Shown: positions 1-10,429 of the stretch, piece by piece
Layout of the letters: every line of letters starts with the position of its first letter
Position numbering within the stretch: the stretch's first letter is position 1
Assembly: GCA_964658305.1 (NCBI GenBank)
Contig: OZ210885.1
Location: 16,306,001-16,370,000, forward strand
Reading direction: 5' to 3'
DNA from: Leptogorgia sarmentosa
Lineage: Eukaryota
Length of the DNA: 64,000 nucleotides
Made by a program: the position numbers and the translations under genes
Notes under the pieces: model-generated
Database searches by the model: none
What the model was told of the DNA's origin: nothing
Seen by the model: only the letters and a program-made list of their open reading frames with translations

Positions 1-144
1 TTATTGCTAGATCTGGAAATACTTTGTATTGTTGTTTTGCTAAATGTTATTTAATGCCTATTTGTAAATATAATTCCTTTCAATTTCAACTTCAGGGTTT
101 TGTTATTGTTACACGTTTAAAAAGTGTAACTTCCATCAACAAAT

Positions 145-264
145 GTCTACGACCGTACGAGTAGGAAAATACCGGTTCTCGTCTGATCACCGAAGTTTAG
201 CCTAGGTGGGCAAAGTTAGTACTTGGATGGGTGACTACCTGTGAATACTTTGTGTTGTAGACTT
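145..264 (+). rRNA. 5S rRNA gene, first copy in window (variant: A11G, C15G, A54T, C92T, G98T)
   Basis: 120 nt, GTCTAC...GTAGACTT, colinear with the array consensus; several substitutions fall in helices and the internal promoter, so function is uncertain. Confidence 0.9.
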
Positions 265-370
265 GCTTCATTTTATTGTATGTGTGTTTGTAAATAGGTT
301 TGCTTTCAATTTCAACTTCAGGGTTTTGTTATTGTTACACGTTTAAAAAGTGTAACTTCCATCAACAAAT
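265..370 (+). repeat. Short non-transcribed spacer, 106 bp (representative)
   Basis: Between genes 145-264 and 371-490; T-rich on the + strand. Confidence 0.95.
342..349 (+). promoter_or_regulatory. TATA-like element TTTAAAAA at -29..-22 of each gene (representative)
   Basis: Position matches the -25/-30 AT-rich upstream elements known for many metazoan 5S genes; flanked by the inverted repeat GTTACAC/GTGTAAC. Confidence 0.6.
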
Positions 371-490
371 GTCTACGACCATACCAGTAGGAAAGTACCG
401 GTTCTCGTCTGATCACCGAAGTTAAGCCTAGGTGGGCAAAGTTAGTACTTGGATGGGTGACCACCTGGGAATACTTTGTGTTGTAGACTT
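371..490 (+). rRNA. 5S rRNA gene heading a long (329-bp) unit (A25G variant)
   Basis: Metazoan 5S hallmarks GTTCTCGTCTGATCACCGAAGTTAAGC and TTAGTACTTGGATGGGTGACC.CCTGGGAATAC; next gene starts at 700. Confidence 0.96.
420..467 (+). promoter_or_regulatory. Pol III type-1 internal control region (A box +50-64, intermediate element +67-72, C box +80-97); present in every gene copy
   Basis: AGTTAAGCCTAGGTG ... TGGATGGGTGACCACCTG at the positions defined for the Xenopus TFIIIA-binding ICR; C-box core GGATGGG intact. Confidence 0.88.
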
Positions 491-496
491 GCTTCA

Positions 497-500
497 TTTT
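497..500 (+). terminator. Pol III terminator T4 at +127..+130 (representative); a backup T4 lies later in the spacer
   Basis: GTAGACTT-GCTTCA-TTTT after nearly every gene; first run of 4 or more T downstream of the mature end. Confidence 0.75.
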
Positions 501-567
501 ATTGTATGTGTATTTGTAAATAGGTTTGCTTTCAATGTAAACTTCAGGGATTTTGTTATTGCTACAT

Positions 568-593
568 CTGGAAATACTTTGTATTGTTGTTTT
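568..593 (+). pseudogene. Degenerate 5S 3'-end fragment (gene positions 95-120) embedded in every long spacer
   Basis: CTGGAAATACTTTGTATTGTTGTTTT vs gene CTGGGAATACTTTGTGTTGTAGACTT (21/26 identical); colinearity continues into the spacer. Confidence 0.88.
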
Positions 594-1377
594 GCTAAAT
601 GTTATTTAATGCCTATTTGTAAATATAATTCCTTTCAATTTCAACTTCAGGGTTTTGTTATTGTTACACGTTTAAAAAGTGTAACTTCCATCAACAAATG
701 TCTACGACCGTACGAGTAGGAAAATACCGGTTTTCGTCTGATCACCGAAGTTAAGCCTAGGTGGGCAACGTTAGTAGTTGGATGGGTGACCACCTGGGAA
801 TACTTTGTGTTGTAGACTTGCTTCATTTTGTTGTATGTGTGTTTGTAAGTAGGTTTGCTTTCAATTTCAACTTCAGGGTTTTGTTATTGTTACACGTTTA
901 AAAAGTGTAACTTCCATCAACAAATGTCTACGACCATACCAGTAGGAAAATACCAGTTCTCGTCTGATCACCGAAGTTAAGCCTAGGTGGGCAAAGTTAG
1001 TACTTGGATGGGTGACTACCTGGGAATACTTTGTGTTGTAGACTTGCTTCATTTTATTGTATGTGTGTTTGTAAATAGGTTTGCTTTCAATTTCAACTTC
1101 AGGGTTTTGTTATTGTTACACGTTTGAAAAGTGTAACTTCCATCAACAAATGTCTACGACCATACCAGTAGGAAAATACCGGTTCTCGTCTGATCACCGA
1201 AGTTAAGCCTAGGTGGGCAAAGTTAGTACTTGGATGGGTGACTACCTGGGAATACTTTGTGTTGTAGACTTGCTTCATTTTATTGTATGTGTGTTTGTAA
1301 ATATAATTCCTTTCAATTTCAACTTCAGGGTTTTGTTATTGTTACACGTTTAAAAAGTGTAACTTCCATCAACAAAT

Positions 1378-1497
1378 GTCTACGACCATACCAGTAGGAA
1401 AATACCGGTTCTCGTCTGATCACCGAAGTTAAGCCTAGGTGGGCAAAGTTAGTACTTGGATGGGTGACCACCTGGGAATACTTTGTGTTGTAGACTT
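1378..1497 (+). rRNA. 5S rRNA gene, array-consensus sequence (representative)
   Basis: Folds by hand into the eukaryotic 5S model: helix I GTCTACGAC/GTTGTAGAC, helix III AC-CGGT/ACCG-AA-GT, helix V CAAAGT/ACTTTG, helix IV with bulged A83 and GTGA tetraloop, loop E TAGTA/GAAT. Confidence 0.97.
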
Positions 1498-1592
1498 GGT
1501 TCGTTTTATTGTATGTGTGTTTTTAAATAGGTTTGCTTTCAATTTCAACTTCAAGGTTTTGTTATTGTTACACGTTTAAAAAGTGTAACTTA

Positions 1593-1668
1593 ACCGAAGT
1601 TAAGCCTAGGTGGGAAAAGTTAGTACTTGGATGGGTGACCACCTGGGAATACTTTGTGTTGTAGATTT
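1593..1668 (+). pseudogene. 5'-truncated 5S pseudogene (positions 45-120 only)
   Basis: Junction GTGTAACTT-A-ACCGAAG; net 55-bp loss covering the transcription start and gene positions 1-44. Confidence 0.92.
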
Positions 1669-1774
1669 GCTTCATTTTATTGTATGTGTGTTTTTAAATA
1701 GGTTTGCTTTCAATTTCAACTTCAGGGTTTTGTTATTGTTACACGTTTAAAAAGTGTAACTTCCATCAACAAAT

Positions 1775-1894
1775 GTCTACGACCATACCAGTAGGAAAAT
1801 ACCGGTTCTCGTCTGATCACCGAAGTTAAGCCTAGGTGGGCAAAGTTAGTACTTGGATGGGTGACCACCTGGGAATACTTTGTGTTGTAGACTT
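1775..1894 (+). rRNA. 5S rRNA gene, consensus sequence heading a long unit (representative)
   Basis: Identical to the 1378 copy; followed by a 209-bp spacer. Confidence 0.97.
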
Positions 1895-4332
1895 GCTTCA
1901 TTTTATTGTATGTGTGTTTGTAAATAGGTTTGCTTTCAATGTAAACTTCAGGGATTTTGTTATTGCTAGATCTGGAAATACTTTGTATTGTTGTTTTGCT
2001 AAATGTTATTTAATGCCTATTTGTAAATATAATTCCTTTCAATTTCAACTTCAGGGTTTTGTTATTGTTACACGTTTAAAAAGTGTAACTTCCATCAACA
2101 AATGTCTACGACCGTACGAGTAGGAAAATACCGGTTCTCGTCTGATCACCGAAGTTTAGCCTAGGTGGGCAAAGTTAGTACTTGGATGGGTGACTACCTG
2201 GGAATACTTTGTGTTGTAGACTTGCTTCATTTTATTGTATGTGTGTTTGTAAATAGGTTTGGTTTCAATTTCAACTTCAGGGTTTTGTTATTGTTACACG
2301 TTTAAAAAGTGTAACTTCCATCAACAAATGTCTACGACCATACCAGTAGGAAAATACCGGTTCTCGTCTGATCACCGAAGTTAAGCCTAGGTGGGCAAAG
2401 TTAGTACTTGGATGGGTGACCACCTGGGAATACTTTGTGTTGTAGAATTGCTTCATTTTATTGTATGTGTGTTTTTAAATAGGTTTGCTTTCAATGTAAA
2501 CTTCAGGGATTTTGTTATTGCTACATCTGGAAATACTTTGTATTGTTGTTTTGCTAAATGTTATTTAATGCCTATTTGTAAATATAATTCCTTTCAATTT
2601 CAACATCAGGGTTTTGTTATTGTTACACGTTTAAAAAGTGTAACTTCCATCAACAAATGTCTACGACTGTACGAGTAGGAAAATACCGGTTCTCGTCTGA
2701 TCACCGAAGTTAAGCCTAGGTGGGCAAAGTTAGTAGTTGGATGGGTGACCACCTGGGAATACTTTGTGTTGTAGACTTGCTTCATTTTATTGTATGTGTG
2801 TTTGTAAATAGGTTTGCTTTCAATTTCAACTTCAGGGTTTTGTTATTGTTACACGTTTAAAAAGGGTTACTTCCATCAACAAATGTCTACGACGATACCA
2901 GTAGGAAAATACCGGTTCTCGTCTGATCACCGAAGTTAAGCCTAGGTGGGCAAAGTTAGTACTTGGATGGGTGACTACCTGGGAATACTTTGTGTTGTAG
3001 ACTTGCTTCATTTTATTGTATGTGTGTTTGTAAATATAATTCCTTTCAATTTCAACTTCAGGGTTTTGTTATTGTTACACGTTTGAAAAGTGTAACTTCC
3101 ATCAAGAAATGTCTACGACCATACCAGTAGGAAAATACCGGTTCTCGTCTGATCACCGAAGTTAAGCCTAGGTGGGAAAAGTTAGTACTTGGATGGGTTA
3201 CCACCTGGGAATACTTTGTGTTGTAGACTTGGTTCGTTTTATTGTATGTGTGTTTTTAAATAGGTTTGCTTTCAATTTCAACTTCAGGGTTTTGTTATTG
3301 TTACACGTTTAAAAAGTGTTACTTCCATCAACAAATGTCTACGACCATACCAGTAGGAAAATACCGGTTCTCGTCTGATCACCGAAGTTAAGCCTAGCTG
3401 GGCATGGTTAGTACTTGGATGGGTGACCACCTGGCAATACTTTGTGTTGTAGACTTGCTTCATTTTATTGTATGTGTGTTTGTAAATAGGTTTGCTTTCA
3501 ATGTAAACTTCAGGGATTTTGTTATTGCTACATCTGGAAATACTTTGTATTGTTGTTTTGCTAAATGTTATTTAATGCCTATTTGTAAATATAATTCCTT
3601 TCAATTTCAGCTTCAGGGTTTTGTTATTGTTACACGTTTAAAAAGTGTAACTTCCATCAACAATTGTCTACGACCGTACGAGTAGGAAAATACCGGTTCT
3701 CGTCTAATTACCGAAGTTAAGCATAGGTGGGCAAAGTTAGTAGTTGGATGGGTGACCACCTGGGAATACTTTGTGTTGTAGACTTGCTTCATTTTATTGT
3801 ATGTGTGTTTGTAAATAGGTTTGCTTTCAATTTCAACTTCAGGGTTTTGTTATTGTTACACGTTTAAAAAGTGTTACTTCCATCAACAAATGTCTACGAC
3901 GATACCAGTAGGAAAATACCGGTTCTCGTCTGATCACCGAAGTTAAGCCTAGGTGGGCAAAGTTAGTACTTGGATGGGTGACTACCTGGGAATACTTTGT
4001 GTTGTAGACTTGCTTCATTTTATTGTATGTGTGTTTGTAAATATAATTCCTTTCAATTTCAACTTCAGGGTTTTGTTATTGTTACACGTTTAAAAAGTGT
4101 AACTTCCATCAACAAATGTCTACGACCATACCAGTAGGAAAATACCGGTTCTCGTCTGATCACCGAAGTTAAGCCTAGGTGGGCAAAGTTAGTACTTGGA
4201 TGGGTGACCACCTGGGAATACTTTGTGTTGTAGACTTGGTTCGTTTTATTGTATGTGTGTTTTTAAATAGGTTTGCTTTCAATTTCAACTTCAAGGTTTT
4301 GTTATTGTTACACGTTTAAAAAGTGTAACTTA

Positions 4333-4408
4333 ACCGAAGTTAAGCCTAGGTGGGAAAAGTTAGTACTTGGATGGGTGACCACCTGGGAATACTTTGTGTT
4401 GTAGATTT
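4333..4408 (+). pseudogene. 5'-truncated 5S pseudogene (copy 2)
   Basis: Same GTGTAACTTAACCGAAG junction and flanking variants as 1593. Confidence 0.92.
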
Positions 4409-6291
4409 GCTTCATTTTATTGTATGTGTGTTTTTAAATAGGTTTGCTTTCAATTTCAACTTCAGGGTTTTGTTATTGTTACACGTTTAAAAAGTGTAAC
4501 TTCCATCAACAAATGTCTACGACCATACCAGTAGGAAAATACCGGTTCTCGTCTGATCACCGAAGTTAAGCCTAGGTGGGCAAAGTTAGTACTTGGATGG
4601 GTGACCACCTGGGAATACTTTGTGTTGTAGACTTGCTTCATTTTATTGTATGTGTGTTTGTAAATAGGTTTGCTTTCAATGTAAACTTCAGGGATTTTGT
4701 TATTGCTAGATCTGGAAATACTTTGTATTGTTGTTTTGCTAAATGTTATTTAATGCCTATTTGTAAATATAATTCCTTTCAATTTCAACTTCAGGGTTTT
4801 GTTATTGTTACACGTTTAAAAAGTGTAACTTCCATCAACAAATGTCTACGACCGTACGAGTAGGAAAATACCGGTTCTCGTCTGATCACCGAAGTTTAGC
4901 CTAGGTGGGCAAAGTTAGTACTTGGATGGGTGACTACCTGTGAATACTTTGTGTTGTAGACTTGCTTCATTTTATTGTATGTGTGTTTGTAAATAGGTTT
5001 GCTTTCAATTTCAACTTCAGGGTTTTGTTATTGTTACACGTTTAAAAAGTGTAACTTCCATCAACAAATGTCTACGACCATACCAGTAGGAAAGTACCGG
5101 TTCTCGTCTGATCACCGAAGTTAAGCCTAGGTGGGCAAAGTTAGTACTTGGATGGGTGACCACCTGGGAATACTTTGTGTTGTAGACTTGCTTCATTTTA
5201 TTGTATGTGTATTTGTAAATAGGTTTGCTTTCAATGTAAACTTCAGGGATTTTGTTATTGCTACATCTGGAAATACTTTGTATTGTTGTTTTGCTAAATG
5301 TTATTTAATGCCTATTTGTAAATATAATTCCTTTCAATTTCAACTTCAGGGTTTTGTTATTGTTACACGTTTAAAAAGTGTAACTTCCATCAACAAATGT
5401 CTACGACCGTACGAGTAGGAAAATACCGGTTTTCGTCTGATCACCGAAGTTAAGCCTAGGTGGGCAACGTTAGTAGTTGGATGGGTGACCACCTGGGAAT
5501 ACTTTGTGTTGTAGACTTGCTTCATTTTGTTGTATGTGTGTTTGTAAGTAGGTTTGCTTTCAATTTCAACTTCAGGGTTTTGTTATTGTTACACGTTTAA
5601 AAAGTGTAACTTCCATCAACAAATGTCTACGACCATACCAGTAGGAAAATACCAGTTCTCGTCTGATCACCGAAGTTAAGCCTAGGTGGGCAAAGTTAGT
5701 ACTTGGATGGGTGACTACCTGGGAATACTTTGTGTTGTAGACTTGCTTCATTTTATTGTATGTGTGTTTGTAAATAGGTTTGCTTTCAATTTCAACTTCA
5801 GGGTTTTGTTATTGTTACACGTTTGAAAAGTGTAACTTCCATCAACAAATGTCTACGACCATACCAGTAGGAAAATACCGGTTCTCGTCTGATCACCGAA
5901 GTTAAGCCTAGGTGGGCAAAGTTAGTACTTGGATGGGTGACTACCTGGGAATACTTTGTGTTGTAGACTTGCTTCATTTTATTGTATGTGTGTTTGTAAA
6001 TATAATTCCTTTCAATTTCAACTTCAGGGTTTTGTTATTGTTACACGTTTAAAAAGTGTAACTTCCATCAACAAATGTCTACGACCATACCAGTAGGAAA
6101 ATACCGGTTCTCGTCTGATCACCGAAGTTAAGCCTAGGTGGGCAAAGTTAGTACTTGGATGGGTGACCACCTGGGAATACTTTGTGTTGTAGACTTGGTT
6201 CGTTTTATTGTATGTGTGTTTTTAAATAGGTTTGCTTTCAATTTCAACTTCAAGGTTTTGTTATTGTTACACGTTTAAAAAGTGTAACTTA

Positions 6292-6367
6292 ACCGAAGTT
6301 AAGCCTAGGTGGGAAAAGTTAGTACTTGGATGGGTGACCACCTGGGAATACTTTGTGTTGTAGATTT
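6292..6367 (+). pseudogene. 5'-truncated 5S pseudogene (copy 3)
   Basis: Same junction as 1593 and 4333. Confidence 0.92.
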
Positions 6368-9300
6368 GCTTCATTTTATTGTATGTGTGTTTTTAAATAG
6401 GTTTGCTTTCAATTTCAACTTCAGGGTTTTGTTATTGTTACACGTTTAAAAAGTGTAACTTCCATCAACAAATGTCTACGACCATACCAGTAGGAAAATA
6501 CCGGTTCTCGTCTGATCACCGAAGTTAAGCCTAGGTGGGCAAAGTTAGTACTTGGATGGGTGACCACCTGGGAATACTTTGTGTTGTAGACTTGCTTCAT
6601 TTTATTGTATGTGTGTTTGTAAATAGGTTTGCTTTCAATGTAAACTTCAGGGATTTTGTTATTGCTAGATCTGGAAATACTTTGTATTGTTGTTTTGCTA
6701 AATGTTATTTAATGCCTATTTGTAAATATAATTCCTTTCAATTTCAACTTCAGGGTTTTGTTATTGTTACACGTTTAAAAAGTGTAACTTCCATCAACAA
6801 ATGTCTACGACCGTACGAGTAGGAAAATACCGGTTCTCGTCTGATCACCGAAGTTTAGCCTAGGTGGGCAAAGTTAGTACTTGGATGGGTGACTACCTGG
6901 GAATACTTTGTGTTGTAGACTTGCTTCATTTTATTGTATGTGTGTTTGTAAATAGGTTTGGTTTCAATTTCAACTTCAGGGTTTTGTTATTGTTACACGT
7001 TTAAAAAGTGTAACTTCCATCAACAAATGTCTACGACCATACCAGTAGGAAAATACCGGTTCTCGTCTGATCACCGAAGTTAAGCCTAGGTGGGCAAAGT
7101 TAGTACTTGGATGGGTGACCACCTGGGAATACTTTGTGTTGTAGACTTGCTTCATTTTATTGTATGTGTGTTTGTAAATAGGTTTGCTTTCAATGTAAAC
7201 TTCAGGGATTTTGTTATTGCTACATCTGGAAATACTTTGTATTGTTGTTTTGCTAAATGTTATTTAATGCCTATTTGTAAATATAATTCCTTTCAATTTC
7301 AACTTCAGGGTTTTGTTATTGTTACACGTTTAAAAAGTGTAACTTCCATCAACAAATGTCTACGACCGTACGAGTAGGAAAATACCGGTTTTCGTCTGAT
7401 CACCGAAGTTAAGCCTAGGTGGGCAACGTTAGTAGTTGGATGGGTGACCACCTGGGAATACTTTGTGTTGTAGACTTGCTTCATTTTGTTGTATGTGTGT
7501 TTGTAAGTAGGTTTGCTTTCAATTTCAACTTCAGGGTTTTGTTATTGTTACACGTTTAAAAAGTGTAACTTCCATCAACAAATGTCTACGACCATACCAG
7601 TAGGAAAATACCGGTTCTCGTCTGATCACCGAAGTTAAGCCTAGGTGGGCAAAGTTAGTACTTGGATGGGTGACTACCTGGGAATACTTTGTGTTGTAGA
7701 CTTGCTTCATTTTATTGTATGTGTGTTTGTAAATAGGTTTGCTTTCAATTTCAACTTCAGGGTTTTGTTATTGTTACACGTTTGAAAAGTGTAACTTCCA
7801 TCAACAAATGTCTACGACCATACCAGTAGGAAAATACAGGTTCTCGTCTGATCACCGAAGTTAAGCCTAGGTGGGAAAAGTTAGTACTTGGATGGGTGAC
7901 CACCTGGGAATACTTTGTGTTGTAGACTTGCTTCATTTTATTGTATGTGTGTTTGTAAATAGGTTTGCTTTCAATTTCAACTTCAGAGATTGGTTATTGT
8001 TACACGTTTAAAAAGTGTAACTTCCATCAACAAATGTCTACGACCATACCAGTAGGAAAATACCGGTTCTCGTCTGATCACCGAAGTTAAGCCTAGGTGG
8101 GCAAAGTTAGTACTTGTATGGGTGACCACCTGGGAATACTTTGTGTTGTAGACTTGCTTCATTTTGTTGTATGTGTGTTTGTAAGTAGGTTTGCTTTCAA
8201 TTTCAACTTCAGGGTTTTGTTATTGTTACACGTTTAAAAAGTGTAACTTCCATCAACAAATGTCTACGACCATACCAGTAGGAAAATACCGGTTCTCGTG
8301 TGATCACCGAAGTTAAGCCTAGGTGGGAAAAGTTTGTACTTGGATGGGTGACCACCTGGGAATACTTTGTGTTGTAGATTTGCTTCATTTTATTGTATGT
8401 GTGTTTTTAAATAGGTTTGCTTTCAATTTCAACTTCAGGGTTTTGTTATTGTCACACGTTTAAAAAGTGTAACTTCCATCAACAAATGTCTACGACCATA
8501 CCAGTAGGAAAATACCGGTTCTCGTGTGATCACCGAAGTTAAGCCTAGGTGGGAAAAGTTAGTACTTGGATGGGTGACCACCTGGGAATACTTTGTGTTG
8601 TAGATTTGCTTCATTTTATTGTATGTGTGTTTTTAAATAGGTTTGCTTTCAATTTCAACTTCAGGGTTTTGTTATTGTTACACGTTTAAAAAGTGTAACT
8701 TCCATCAACAAATGTCTATGACCATACCAGTAGGAAAATACCGGTTCTCGTCTGATCACCGAAGTTAAGCCTAGGTGGGCAACGTTAGTACTTGGATGGG
8801 TGACCACCTGGGAATACTTTGTGTTGTAGACTTGCTTCATTTTATTGTATGTGTGTTTGTAAATAGGTTTGCTTTCAATGTAAACTTCAGGGATTTTGTT
8901 ATTGCTACATCTGGAAATACTTTGTATTGTTGTTTTGCTAAATGTTATTTAATGCCTATTTGTAAATATAATTCCTTTCAATTTCAACTTCAGGGTTTTG
9001 TTATTGTTACACGTTTAAAAAGTGTAACTTCCATCAACAAATGTCTACGACCGTACGAGTAGGAAAATACCGGTTCTCGTCTGATCACCGAAGTTAAGCC
9101 TAGGTGGGCAAAGTTAGTACTTGGATGGTTGACTACCTGGGAATACTTTGTGTTGTAGACTTGCTTCATTTTATTGTATGTGTGTTTGTAAATATAATTC
9201 CTTTCAATTTCAACTTCAGGGTTTTGTTATTGTTACACGTTTAAAAAGTGTAACTTCCATCAACAAATGTCTACAACCATACCAGTAGGAAAATACCGGT

Positions 9301-10429
9301 TCTCGTCTGATCACCGAAGTTAGGCCTAGGTGGGAAAAGTTAGTACTTGGATGGGTGACCACCTGGGAATACTTTGTGTTGTAGACTTCCTTCATTTTAT
9401 TGTATGTGTGTTTGTAAATAGGTTTGCTTTCAATTTCAACTTCAGCGTTTTGTTATTGTTTACACGTTTAAAAAGTGTAACTTCCATCAACAAATGTCTA
9501 CGAGCATACCAGTAGGAAAATACCGGTTCTCGTCTGATCACCGAAGTTAAGCCTAGGTGGGCAAAGTTAGTACTTGGATGGGTGACTACCTGGGAATACT
9601 TTGTGTTGTAGACTTGCTTCATTTTATGGTATGTGTGTTTGTAAATAGGTTTGCTTTCAATTTCAACTTCAGGGTTTTGTTATTGTTACACGTTTAAAAA
9701 GTGTAACTTCCATCAACAAATGTCTACGACCATACCAGTAGGAAAATACCGGTTCTCGTCTCATCACCGAAGTTAGGCCTAGGTGGGAAAAGTTAGTACT
9801 TGGATGGGTGACCACCTGGGAATACTTTGTGTTGTAGACTTGCTTTATTTTATTGTATGTGTGTTTGTAAATAGGTTTGCTTTCAATTTCAACTTCAGGG
9901 TTTTGTTATTGTTACACGTTTAAAAAGTGTAACTTCCATCAACAAATGTCTACGACCATACCAGTAGGAAAATACCGGTTCTCGTCTGATCACCGAAGTT
10001 AAGCCTAGGTGGGCAAAGTTAGTACTTGGATGGGTGACCACCTGGGAATACTTTGTGTTGTAGACTTGCTTCATTTTATTGTATGTGTGTTTGTAAATAG
10101 GTTTGCTTTCAATGTAAACTTCAGGGATTTTGTTATTGCTACATCTGGAAATACTTTGTATTGTTGTTTTGCTAAATGTTATTTAATGCCTATTTGTAAA
10201 TATATTTCCTTTCAATTTCAACTTCAGGGTTTTGTTATTGTTACACGTTTAAAAAGTGTAACTTCCATCAACAAATGTCTACGACCGTACGAGTAGGAAA
10301 ATACCGGTTCTCGTCTGATCACCGAAGTTAAGCCTAGGTGGGCAACGTTAGTAGTTGGATGGGTGACCACCTGGGAATACTTTGTGTTGTAGACTTGCTT
10401 CATTTTGTTGTATGTGTGTTTGTAAGTAG

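Larger units (their letters stand above)
491..699 (+). repeat. Long non-transcribed spacer, 209 bp (representative of 66), made of two diverged subrepeats
   Basis: TTTGTAAATA...CTTTCAAT...AACTTCAGGG..TTTTGTTATTG.TACA occurs twice, about 103 bp apart. Confidence 0.95.
3900..7610 (+). repeat. Higher-order repeat, 1959-bp period (8 monomers: 2 long, 5 short, 1 truncated); bounds approximate
   Basis: Truncated genes 4333/6292 and ORF-track starts 4576/6535 and 5131/7090 are all 1959 apart; positions 1 to ~2445 also recur at offset 4699. Confidence 0.85.

Noticed and set aside
279..290. (TG)n microsatellite in the spacer
   Set aside because: Only about 3-4 units and invariant in length.
491..699. 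Linked snRNA, SL RNA, tRNA or histone gene in the spacer, as seen in some invertebrate 5S arrays
   Set aside because: The spacer is fully explained as two subrepeats plus a 5S relic; no cloverleaf, B box or snRNA motif is recognisable.
145..699. 5S-derived SINE3 or Cassandra TRIM retroelement
   Set aside because: Genes are full length in strict tandem, with no LTR termini, primer-binding site, LINE-like tail or target-site duplications.
432..719. Repeated 95-aa Cys/Phe/Val-rich ORF (MGKVSTWMGDHLG...) in about 66 copies
   Set aside because: Starts at a GTG inside the 5S gene and ends inside the next one. The composition reflects the T/G-rich spacer, no domain is recognisable, and it is simply an open frame of the long unit.
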